Positions 13,120 through 25,619 of a stretch of 64,000 bases of DNA are shown piece by piece (the stretch's first letter is position 1; every line of letters begins with the position of its first letter). The DNA comes from Pecten maximus (taxonomy: Eukaryota). Location: the NCBI RefSeq assembly GCF_902652985.1, contig NC_047017.1, positions 33,790,001 through 33,854,000 on the forward strand. The letters run 5' to 3'. Under the pieces are notes generated by a model. It saw nothing but the letters and a program-made list of their open reading frames with translations, was not told the origin of the DNA and did not search any database. The position numbers were made by a program, and so were the translations under genes.

Positions 13120-16100
13120 CTACTACAGTATTACAGGGGGCCGGATATCATGAGATAATAACAGTATTACAGGAGATATCCTGAGGTACAATAACAGTAT
13201 TACAGGATATATCCTGACGTACAATAACAGTATTACAGGAGATATCCTGAGGTACAATAACAGTATTACAGGAGATATCCTGACGTACAATAACAGTATT
13301 ACAGGAGATATCCTGAGGTACAATAACAGTATTACAGGAGATATCTGAGGTACACTAACAGTATTACAGGAGATATCCTGAGGTAATAACAGTATTACAG
13401 GAGATATCCTGTTACAATAACAGTATTACAGGAGATATCCTGACATACAATAACAGTATTACAGGAGATATCCTGAGTTACAATAACAGTATTACAGGAC
13501 ATATCCTGAGGTAAATAACAGTATTACAGGATATATCCTGACGTACAATAACAGTATTACAGGAGATATCCTGAGTTACAATAACAGTATTACAGGAGAT
13601 ATCCTGAGTTACAATAACAGTATTACAGGACATATCCTGAGGTAAATAACAGTATTACAGGATATATCCTGACGTACAATAACAGTATTACAGGAGATAT
13701 CCTGAGTTACAATAACAGTATTACAGGAGATATCCTGAGTTACAATAACAGTATTACAGGAGATATCTGAGGTACAATAACAGTATTACAGGAGATATCT
13801 GAGGTACAATAACAGTATTACAGGAGATATCCTGAGGTAATAACAGTATTACAGGAGATATCCTGTTACAATAACAGTATTACAGGAGATATCCTGAGTT
13901 ACAATAACAGTATTACAGGACATATCCTGAGGTAAATAACAGTATTACAGGATATATCCTGACGTACAATAACAGTATTACAGGAGATATCCTGAGTTAC
14001 AATAACAGTATTACAGGATATATCCCGACGTACAATAACAGTATTACAGGATATATCCCGAGGTACAATAACAGTATTACAGGAGATATCCTGAGTTACA
14101 ATAACAGTATTACAGGAGATATCCTGAGTTACAATAACATTATTACAGGAGATATCCTGAGTTACAATAACAGTATTACAGGAGATATCCTGAGTTACAA
14201 TAACAGTATTACAGGATATATCCTGACATACAATAACAGTATTACAGGAGATATCCTGACATACAATAACAGTATTACAGGAGATATCCTGACATACAAT
14301 AACAGTATTACAGGAGATATCCTGAGTTACAATAACAGTATTACAGGACATATCCTGAGGTAAATAACAGTATTACAGGATATATCCTGACGTACAATAA
14401 CAGTATTACAGGAGATATCCTGAGTTACAATAACAGTATTACAGGAGATATCCTGAGTTACAATAACAGTATTACAGGACATATCCTGAGGTAAATAACA
14501 GTATTACAGGATATATCCTGACGTACAATAACAGTATTACAGGAGATATCCTGAGTTACAATAACAGTATTACAGGAGATATCCTGAGTTACAATAACAG
14601 TATTACAGGAGATATCTGAGGTACAATAACAGTATTACAGGAGATATCTGAGGTACAATAACAGTATTACAGGAGATATCCTGAGGTAATAACAGTATTA
14701 CAGGAGATATCCTGTTACAATAACAGTATTACAGGAGATATCCTGAGTTACAATAACAGTATTACAGGACATATCCTGAGGTAAATAACAGTATTACAGG
14801 ATATATCCTGACGTACAATAACAGTATTACAGGAGATATCCTGAGTTACAATAACAGTATTACAGGATATATCCCGACGTACAATAACAGTATTACAGGA
14901 GATATCCTGACATACAATAACAGTATTACAGGAGATATCCTGAGTTACAATAACAGTATTACAGGATATATCCCGACGTACACTAACAGTATTACAGGAT
15001 ATATCCCGAGGTACAATAACAGTATTACAGGAGATATCCTGAGTTACAATAACAGTATTACAGGAGATATCCTGAGTTACAATAACATTATTACAGGAGA
15101 TATCCTGAGTTACAATAACAGTATTACAGGAGATATCCTGAGGTACAATAACAGTATTACAGGAGGTATCCTGACGTATAGTAACAGTATTACAGGAGAT
15201 ATCCTGAGTTACAGTAACAGTATTACAGGGGATATCCTGAGGTACAATAACAGTATTACAGGAGATATCCTGAGTTACAATAACAGTATTACAGGAGATA
15301 TCCTGACGTACAATAACAGTATTACAGGGGATATCCTGACATACAATAACAGTATTACAGGAGATATCCTGAGTTACAATAACAGTATTACAGGAGATAT
15401 CCTGAGTTACAATAACAGTATTACAGGAGATATCCTGACATACAATAACAGTATTACAGGAGATATCCTGACATACAATAACAGTATTACAGGAGATATC
15501 CTGAGTTACAATAACAGTATTACAGGAGATATCCTGAGTTACAATAACAGTATTACAGGAGATATCCTGACATACAATAACAGTATTACAGGGGATATCC
15601 TGAGGTACAATAACAGTATTACAGGAGATATCCTGAGGTACAATAACAGTATTACAGGAGATATCCTGAGTTACAATAACAGTATTACAGGAGATATCCT
15701 GACGTACAATAACAGTATTACAGGAGATATCCTGAGGTACAATAACAGTATTACAGGAGATATCCTGAGTTACAATAACAGTATTACAGGAGATATCCTG
15801 AGTTACAATAACAGTATTACAGGAGATATCCTGAGTTACATAACAGTATTACAGGAGATATCCTGAGTACAATAACAGTATTACAGGAGATATCCTGACG
15901 TACAATAACAGTATTACAGGAGATATCCTGACGTACAATAACAGTATTACAGGAGATATCCTGAGTTACAATAACAGTATTACAGGAGATATCCTGAGTT
16001 ACAATAACAGTATTACAGGAGATATCCTGAGGTACAATAACAGTATTACAGGAGATATCCTGACGTACAATAACAGTATTACAGGAGATATCCTGACGTA

Positions 16101-16819
16101 CAATAACAGTATTACAGGAGATATCCTGACGTACAATAACAGTATTACAGGAGATATCCTGAGTTACAGTAACAGTATTACAGGGGATATCCTGAGGTAC
16201 AATAACAGTATTACAGGAGATATCCTGAGGTACAATAACAGTATTACAGGAGATATCCTGAGTTACAATAACAGTATTACAGGACATATCCTGAGGTAAA
16301 TAACAGTATTACAGGATATATCCTGACATACAACAACAGTATTACAGGAGATATCCTGAGTTACAATAACAGTATTACAGGAGATATCCTGAGTTACAAT
16401 AACAGTATTACAGGAGATATCCTGACATACAATAACAGTATTACAGGAGATATCCTGACATATAATAACAGTATTACAGGAGATATCCTGAGTTACAATA
16501 ACAGTATTACAGGAGATATCCTGACATACAACAACAGTATTACAGGGGATATCCTGAGGTACAATAACAGTATTACAGGAGATATCCTGAGGTACAATAA
16601 CAGTATTACAGGAGATATCCTGAGTTACAATAACAGTATTACAGGACATATCCTGAGGTAAATAACAGTATTACAGGATATATCCTGACATACAACAACA
16701 GTATTACAGGAGATATCCTGAGTTACAATAACAGTATTACAGGAGATATCCTGACGTACAATAACAGTATTACAGGATATATCCTGACATACAACAACAG
16801 TATTACAGGGGATATCCTG
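13120..16819. repeat. 33-bp minisatellite (tacaataacagtattacaggagatatcctgagt)
   Basis: About 110 copies; palindromic core CAGGA(G/T)ATATCCTG. Confidence 0.95.
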
Positions 16820-17749
16820 AAGTTCACTCTAGGAAGTTGTTATTCAATTAGTTTAATCTTGCAAGTATAGTGTGACAAGTACAATGAAAACATGAGAAAT
16901 GTGGTTTGATATCTTGACTTGTGTCACATTAATGTCTACTCAAATGTCCAAATCTCCATTGTATCTTTTCCTGTAGATTCTAGGACAGATAGCACTGTAC
17001 GTCATGGTAACTACATATGAAGAAATAAGTACTGCACAATCAGTCATTTTCTGGTGTCTTCTTCAAGGGGACATAGAGGAAACCAAAATAGATTTGCCTT
17101 CCCCAGTTCAACACCAATGGAATCTAAAACTTTATCTTTAGGCAGTCCCCACTGTCTGCTCACCAATGTCATATCATAGTGACCTTAGCTGTGAGTAGTG
17201 AGATGAGACACTTTACAATAAATAAAATTCTTTGTATCCGCATTCACAAAACTGTAGTTGATAAATTGCAGAATACAATCACATAACTATGTTGATACCA
17301 GATCACAGGATATCATTTGAGAACAATAGATGATTTCATCAGACTTGAGGTGGGTGGGGGTCGAAAAAAGTCCAGGGGACATTTTTACACTTTTTCAACT
17401 TCCCTTACAAAAAGCATTGCTAATGTTAGAGGAAATTTAAACTTAAGGCACTTATCTTGGGCCTGGTCATTAAACTGTGGAGTCATTTGTTGTACTGGAG
17501 AACTCCTGGTGTACGCCTGTTGATTTGATATTTTGTTACCTATTTTGGTGTTGTGACAGATGTATAGGGCATTAATGTCAATAATTGAAATTGACTCAGT
17601 GCAGCAGATGTTGTGTTTATATAGTTGTTGATCATTTATGACAGTTCTTCGATGATACATTATATATATATGTTTTATACTTGTACTTTGTACATTGTCC
17701 CCCCAGCCATCTATGTTCATTGGTCCCAGGTGATGTTCTTCACATACAA

Positions 17750-20700
17750 ACACAGACAGTCCTAGAGTCATGTCTCTCTCTTCCTTACACAGACAGTCCT
17801 AGAGTCATGTCCCTCTCCTCCTTATACAGACAGTCCTAGAGACATGTCCCTCTCTTCCTTACACAGACAGTCCTAGAGTCATGTCCTTCTCCTCCTTGTA
17901 TAGACAGTTCTAGAGTCATGTCCCTCTCCTCCTTATACAGACAGTCCTAGAGTCATGTCCCTCTCCTCCTTACACAGACAGTCCTAGAGTCATGTCCCTC
18001 TCCTCCTTATATAGACAGTCCTAGAGTCATGTCCCTCTCCTCCTTACACAGACAGTCCTAGAGTCATGTCCCTCTCTTCCTTACACGGACAGTTCTAGAG
18101 TCATATCCCTATCTTCCTTACACAGACAGTCCTAGAGTCATGTCCCTCTCCTCCTTACACAGACAGTCCTAGAGTCATGTCCCTCACCTACTAACACAGA
18201 CAGTTCTAGAGTCATGTCCCTCACCTACTAACACAGACAGTCCTAGAGTCATGTCCCTCTCCTCCTTGCACAGACAGCCCTAGAATCATGTCCCTTTCCT
18301 CCTTACACAGACAGTCCTAGAGACATGTCCCTCTCTTCCTTATACAGACAGTCCTAGAGTCATGTCCCTCTCCTCCTTACACAGACAGTCCTAGAGTCAT
18401 GTCCCTCACCTACTGACACAGACAGTCCTGGAGTGGTGTCCCTCTCCTCCTTACACAGACAGTCCTAGAGTCATGTCCCTCTCCTCCTTACACAGACAGT
18501 CCTAGAGACATGTCCCTCTCCTCCTTACACAGACAGTCCTAGAGTCATGTCCCTGTCCTCCTTACACAGACAGTCCTAGAGTCATATCCCTCTCCTCCTT
18601 ACACAGACAGTCCTAGAGACATGTCCCTCTCCTCCTTACACAGACAGTCCTAGAGTCATATCCCTCTCCTCCTTACACAGACAGTCCTAGAGTCATGTCC
18701 CTCTCCTCCTTACACAGACAGTCCTAGAGTCATATCCCTCTCCTCCTTACACAGACAGTCCTAGAGACATGTCCCTCTCCTCCTTACACAGACAGTCCTA
18801 GAGACATGTCCCTCTCTTCCTTATACAGACAGTCCTAGAGTCATGTCCCTCTCCTCCTTACACAGACAGTCCTAGAGTCATGTCCCTCTCCTCCTTACAC
18901 AGACAGTCCTAGAGACATGTCCCTCACCTCCTTACACAGACAGTCCTAGAGTCATGTCCCTCTCCTCCTTATACAGACAGTCCTAGAGTCATGTCCCTCT
19001 CTTCCTTACACAGACAGTCCTAGAGTCATGTCCCTCTTCTCCTTACACAGACAGTCCTAGAGTCATGTCCCTCACCTACTGACACAGACAGTCCTAGAGT
19101 GATGTCCCTCTCCTCCTTATACAGACAGTCCTTGAGTCATGCTTACACAGACAGTCCTAGAGTCATGTCCCTCTCCTCCTTACACGGACAGTCCTAGAGT
19201 CATATCCCTATCTTCCTTACACAGACAGTCCTTGAGTCATGTCCCTCTCCTCCTTACACAGACAGTCCTAGAGACATGTCCCTCACCTCCTTACACAGAC
19301 AGTCCTAGAGTCATGTCCCTCTCCTACTGACACAGACAGTTCTAGAGTCATTTCCCTCACCTACTAACACAGACAGTTCTAGAGTCATGCTTACACAGAC
19401 AGTCCTAGAGACATGTCCCTCACCTCCTTACACAGACAGTCCTTGAGTCATGCTTACACAGACAGTCCTAGAGTCATGCTTACACAGACAGTCCTAGAGT
19501 CATGCTTACACAGACAGTCCTAGAGTCATGCTTACACAGACAGTCCTAGAGTCATGTCCCTCTCCTCCTTGTACAGACAGTCCTAGAGTCATGTCCCTCT
19601 CCTTACACAGACAGTCCTAGAGTCATGTCCCTCTCCTCCTTACACAGACAGTCCTTGAGTCATGCTTACACAGACAGTCCTAGAGTCATGCTTACACAGA
19701 CAGTCCTAGAGTCATGTCCCTCTCCTCCTTGTACAGACAGTCCTAGAGTCATGTCCCTCTCCTCCTTACACAGACAGTCCTAGAGTCATGTCCCTCTCCT
19801 CCTTACACAGACAGTCCTTGAGTCATGCTTACACAGACAGTCCTAGAGTCATGTCCCTCTCCTCCTTGTACAGACAGTCCTAGAGTCATGTCCCTCTCCT
19901 CCTTACACAGACAGTCCTAGAGTCATGTCCCTCTCCTCCTTACACAGACAGTCCTAGAGTCATATCCCTCTCCTCCTTATACAGACAGTCCTAGTGTCAT
20001 GTCCCTCTCCTCCTTACACAGACAGTCCTAGAGACATGTCCCTCTCTTCCTTACACAGACAGTCCTAGTGTCATATCCCTCACCTACTGACACAGACAGT
20101 CCTAGAGTGATGTCCCTCTCCTCCTTACACAGACAGTTCTAGAGTCATATCCCTCTCCTCCTTATACAGACAGTTCTAGAGTCATGTCCCTCTCCTCCTT
20201 ATACAGACAGTCCTAGAGTTATGTCCCTCACCTACTGACACAGACAGTCCTAGAGTCATGTCCCTCTCCTCCTTACACAGACAGTTCTAGAGTCATATCC
20301 CTCTCCTCCTTATACAGACAGTCCTAGAGTCATGTCTCTCTCTTCCTTACACAGACAGTCCTAGAGTCATGTCCCTCTCCTCCTTACACAGACAGTCCTA
20401 GAGTCATGTCCCTCTCTTCCTTACACAGACAGTCCTTGAGTCATGTCCCTCTCCTCCTTGTACAGACAGTCCTAGAGTCATGTCCCTCTCCTCCTTACAC
20501 AGACAGTCCTTGAGTCATGTCCCTCTCCTCCTTACACAGACAGTCCTAGAGTCATGTCCCTCTCCTCCTTACACAGACAGTCCTAGAGTCATGTCCCTCT
20601 CCTCCTTACACAGACAGTCCTAGAGACATGTCCCTCACCTCCTTACACAGACAGTCCTTGAGTCATGCTTACACAGACAGTCCTAGAGTCATGCTTACAC

Positions 20701-20948
20701 AGACAGTCCTAGAGTCATGCTTACACAGACAGTCCTAGAGTCATGCTTACACAGACAGTCCTAGAGTCATGCTTACACAGACAGTCCTAGAGTCATGTCC
20801 CTCTCCTCCTTGTACAGACAGTCCTAGAGTCATGTCCCTCTCCTCCTTACACAGACAGTCCTAGAGTCATGTCCCTCTCCTCCTTATACAGACAGTCCTA
20901 GAGTCATGTCCCTCTCCTCCTTACACAGACAGTCCTTGAGTCATGCTT
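17750..20948. repeat. 37-bp minisatellite with a 26-bp deletion variant
   Basis: Units acagacagtcctagagtcatgtccctctcctccttac and acagacagtcctagagtcatgcttac. Confidence 0.95.
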
Positions 20949-21330
20949 GATCCTTTTACATTGTCCTTGTAATATTGTCAAGTCACTATGGCTTGTGTTA
21001 CTTTTCTGTACTAGAGGAATTCTTATCAGTTAACAACATCAATCATGGCCAAATGTAAATTCTAGTAGATAAGTTTGACAGTTTTTAGTCTTCAAGCTGG
21101 AGCTAGTATTTAATACTGTTGAGGTATTTTGGTATCATGGTATCAGAGTGAAACTGTATCTCTCAACAATATCGAGAGATGATCTAGTGCTATTCACAAA
21201 GGACATCATAAAGTATATGATAATGTTAAAGCTGATGTTATCACACAGTTGGGTGGTTATCCTCTAAAACTGCTACACTCATTTAAGGAATAGTTCTTGT
21301 TTTTCATCATTAACTGGCGTGTAAATTGCA

Positions 21331-21602
21331 TTTTTAGGTCATCTGACCCAAATGGATAAATGAGGCTGGTCCGACCCATAGAGACAGAAGGGCCCAAAAA
21401 GGGGAACTTTGCTGTAATATTGTAATTTACACCAAATTTGGTGTGAAACATCATAGGGAGAGTCAAACTTTATATAATAGAGGCAAGTCTGACTCTGGAC
21501 AGAGGGACAGGGTCATATCACAGGGACACTTGTGTTAGATCCTCTATATACAATGATTCCATTGTCAGACGACCGTTAATGGCCATATATAGCCCTGTTG
21601 TT
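21331..21602 (+). mobile_element. Short degenerate HINE-type element
   Basis: 5' tttttaggtcatctga and 3' tcagacgaccgttaatggcc...ttgtt termini resemble the element at 43800-44714. Confidence 0.45.
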
Positions 21603-21809
21603 AATGATGCAAGTTCGTGTGTCATGTTGAAATATCTGTTTAAAAAATGCAGTTTACACACACGTAAATGATGAAAAACAAGAATAATTCCTTATATTTA
21701 TATTTTAACTTGTGTTTTTATTTAATGTCATATCATATCACGGTCACATTGCGTATCATGATGGTATTTTAATTAATTTAATTGACACCATAAAGCTTGT
21801 ACAGTACAT

Positions 21810-23280
21810 AAAAACAGGTTCCATTCCTCACCCAATAAAGGTGGCAGGGGATATAAAGGTGGTAGAGGATATACAAACAGGTTCCATCCCCTCACCAATA
21901 AAGGTGGTAGAGGATATACAAACAGGTTCCATCCCCTCACCAATAAAGATGGTAGGGGATATACAAACAGGTTCCACCCCTCACCAATAAAGGTGGTAGA
22001 GGATATATAAACAGGTTCCACCCCTCACCAATAAAGGTAGTAGAGGATATATAAACAGGTTCCATCCCCTCACCAATAAAGGTGGTAGGGGATATATAAA
22101 CAGGTTCCACCCCCTCACAAATAAAGGTAGTAGAGGATATATAAACAGGTTCCATCCCCTCACCAATAAAGATGGTAGAGGATATATAAACAGGTTCTAC
22201 CCCCTCACCAATAAAGGTGGCAGGGAATATATAAACAGGTTCCACCCCCTCACCAATAAAGGTGGTAGAGGATATATAAACAGGTTTTATCCCCTCACCA
22301 ATAAAGGTGGTAGGGGATATATAAACAGGTTCCACCCCCTCACCAATAAAGGTGGTAGAGGATATATAAACAGGTTCTATCCCCTCACCAATAAAGGTAG
22401 TAGGGAATATATAAACAGGTTCCATCCCCTCACCAATAAAGGTGGTAGGGGATATATAAACAGGTTCCATCCCCTCACCAATAAAGGTTGTAGGGGATAT
22501 ATAAACAGGTTCCATCCCCTCACCAATAAAGGTGGTAGGGGATATATAAACAGGTTCCATCCCCTCACCAATAAAGGTGGTAGAGGATATATAAACAGGT
22601 TCCATCCCCTCACCAATAAAGGTGGTAGGGGATATATAAACAGGTTCTATCCCCTCACCCATAAAGGTAGTAGAGGATATATAAACAGGTTCTATCCCCT
22701 CACCAATAAAGGTGGTAGAGGATATATAAACAGGTTCTATCCCATCACCCATAAAGGTAGTAGAGGATATATAAACAGGTTCCATCCCCTCACCAATAAA
22801 GGTGGTAGGGGATATATAAACAGGTTCCATCCCCTCACCAATAAAGGTGGTAGGGGATATATAAACAGGTTCCATCCCCTCACCAATAAAGGTGGTAGGG
22901 GATATATAAACAGGTTCCATCCCCTCACCAATAAAGGTGGTAGGGGATATATAAACAGGTTCCATCCCCTCACCAATAAAGGTGGTAGAGGATATATAAA
23001 CAGGTTCTATCCCCTCACCCATAAAGGTGGTAGAGGATATATAAACAGGTTCTATCCCCTCACCAATAAAGGTGGTAGAGGATATACAAACAGGTTCCAT
23101 CCCCTCACCAATAAAGGTGGTAGAGGATATATAAACAGGTTCTATCCCCTCACCAATAAAGGTGGTAGGGGATATATAAACAGGTTCCATCCCTTCACCA
23201 ATAAATTAAAGGTGGTAGAGGATATATAAACAGGTTCCATCCCCTCACCAATAAAGGTGATAGAGGATATAAAACAGGTT
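21810..23280. repeat. 45-bp minisatellite (ataaaggtggtagaggatatataaacaggttccatcccctcacca)
   Basis: About 32 tandem copies. Confidence 0.95.
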
Positions 23281-23397
23281 TCATATTTAGTGGACTATAG
23301 AATTTGCTGCCATGTGCTGTTCAGACAAATCAATTACCACTTTTTTTCCATACTTCATATTGTCTATTACCTCTTAACATCATATTTAATAATCTTG

Positions 23398-23523
23398 AGA
23401 GATATACGTGACAGGCTCCCTTGGAGAGATATCACGCCCGTGACGGGCTCCCTTGGAGAGATATCACGCCCGTGACAGGCTCCCTTGGAGAGATATCACG
23501 CCCGTGATGGGCTCCCTTGGAGA
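23398..23523. repeat. 32-bp tandem repeat, about 4 copies
   Basis: ggctcccttggagagatatcacgcccgtgac(a/g). Confidence 0.85.
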
Positions 23524-23969
23524 GAGGCATTAACGACTATGTCCTTGTTTTATGTTCAGTACCTGACATATCATACTGTATCTATCACAAAATTTTCACT
23601 TAAAGGTACTATTTACTATTTAGTCAAAACAATAGGCAGGAAACAGATTAGTAAGCCTTTCTCACCATAAGAAACTCTGTTGCATTTTGTGTATGTAAAT
23701 TTTCACTTGGAATGTGTGGACACCTCTTTTTAGAAATGCATATTTATGGAAAAAGAGTGAGGAATGAGTGTATTAATGTCACCGTCTGATGGTCTAAAGG
23801 ATGGGTGGAGTTGATGTTGTAAATCATCTGTTGAATGCTGAAGCTTGTAAGCGTTGTTAGAGTTATTTTTCTTGAACGAAGAAGATGTAAGTTTTTGCTG
23901 TCTCCAAACAGTAAGACTGATATATTGACAACTTTCAACCTTTGTGGTAATGAGGACAACTTCTGCATC

Positions 23970-24870
23970 ATTACGAGGGCCCCGGGCAAAAGTGTGGGTG
24001 CCCTATAGTAATCACAGTGTCTGTCTATCTGTCTGTCTGCTAGTCTGTCTGCCGGCATTTTTATTTCCATTCATTAACTTTAGTTTCTTAGGGCCGATCA
24101 AATTAAAACTTTTGTTAATCAAACTGATACTTCAAAACAATTTACCTCAAACTTCATACAATGCTTCCTTATTGGAAGTGCTTGTTTGGGATTGCTTTTC
24201 AACATTAAAGGTCAAGGTCACTGTTACTCTAAATAGAAAATCAGTTTCCAAGCAATAACATGAGTTTCCTTGGGCCGATGTAACTCAAACTTCATACAGT
24301 GCTTCCTTATTGAAAAAGCTTGCTGAGAATTGATTTTCAGCATCAACATTCAAAGGTAAAATGACCTTGACCATGCAAAATCTAGTTTGCTTTGGCCAAT
24401 CTGACTCGCTTCTCTCAGTACTTCATGCTTAAAGTGTTTGCTTAGAATTGATTTACAGTTTGAAAGGTCAAAGGTCAAGTGCACTGTTACTATAAATGGA
24501 AATCAGTTTCCTTGTAATAACATGAGTTTCCTTTGGGTCAATCAAACTCAAACTTCATACAGTGCTTTCTTATTGAAAGTGCTTACTTGGGATTGCTTTT
24601 CTGTGTCAAATTTCAAGGTCACTCTTGCTAAATATAGAAAATCACTTGAGTTTGCTTTTGCCAATCAAACTGATACTTCATGCAGTGCTTCCTTCTTAAA
24701 GTGCTTGCTTGCAACTGCTTTTCATCTTTGAAGGTTGATTGTCAAGGTCACACTTACTTTCGATAAAAAATCAAGTGTTTGCTCCATATTCTACTGACAA
24801 GAATGTATTAGTTACTTATTATGTGTTGCCAGCAACCTCTCAGTCTGACCGGCTATTCAGACTTTTGACT
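23970..24870 (+). mobile_element. Degenerate HINE-like element with 'aggtcaaggtca' internal repeats
   Basis: 5' gggcccc..gggtgccc IR, then a (tgtc)n microsatellite, then diverged ~120-bp units. Limits are approximate. Confidence 0.5.
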
Positions 24871-25619
24871 TTTGGTTTTTCATGCTGTTAAATTGAAAAT
24901 TGAAATTGAAATCCTCAGATCAAGATTTCTAAAAATACAGCCCAAAATATACTGTCAAAAAGTATAATCAAAAGCCCTGTACGGATATTTAAACTTTCTA
25001 AAATTTCAGATGAAAATACAATGTGAAATGCTGCATGATGCACATTCTGGGTTTAAAAACTTAATAAAGGTCAAGAACAATGATGCTGTTACTTAAAATA
25101 TACTTTAAAGTGCATCATATAATTAAGGCCCTTACAGATGGCAAAATGTTCTTAAATATCACATGCATGTAAAATACAGATGTGCAATAGAATTTGAAAT
25201 GTTACTAATGTTAATGTCAAAGTCATACAAAATGTAGTGTAATTTATATATTTGCAGCATATATAAGTAGTAATTGTATGTCATTGTGGGGTCCTCACTG
25301 ACATGTCAGTAATTAGAGTAATTCAGATTATAAACAGCCTCAATAACATGTAATCGTTCTTCTATGTTTAGTTTAATATCTGGTCTGGTATGGGCATAAG
25401 TTTACTACGAAACAGGAATCCTGTTTGATAAGCATCCCCAAGACCAATACCAATTAAAGAAAATTATGCAACGACTTGAGAAGGATTTTTGGCAGAGAGA
25501 GATTCCAAACTAATGCATATGGAAGATATATGACATCTCACATGAGCTCGGCTAGCTCCAGGTAGAACCTCATTCTTTCAAATGATCTGAATAATAAGGA
25601 GCAGTCAGAGAACTGTCTC

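Noticed and set aside
21937-23190. 417-aa repeat ORF
   Set aside because: Minisatellite translation artefact.
25530-25561. ATG-containing exon ending ccag|gtagaa as the UGP2 start
   Set aside because: The ATG frame ends in phase 2 and the phase-0 frame contains a stop, so it cannot join 31893 as coding.
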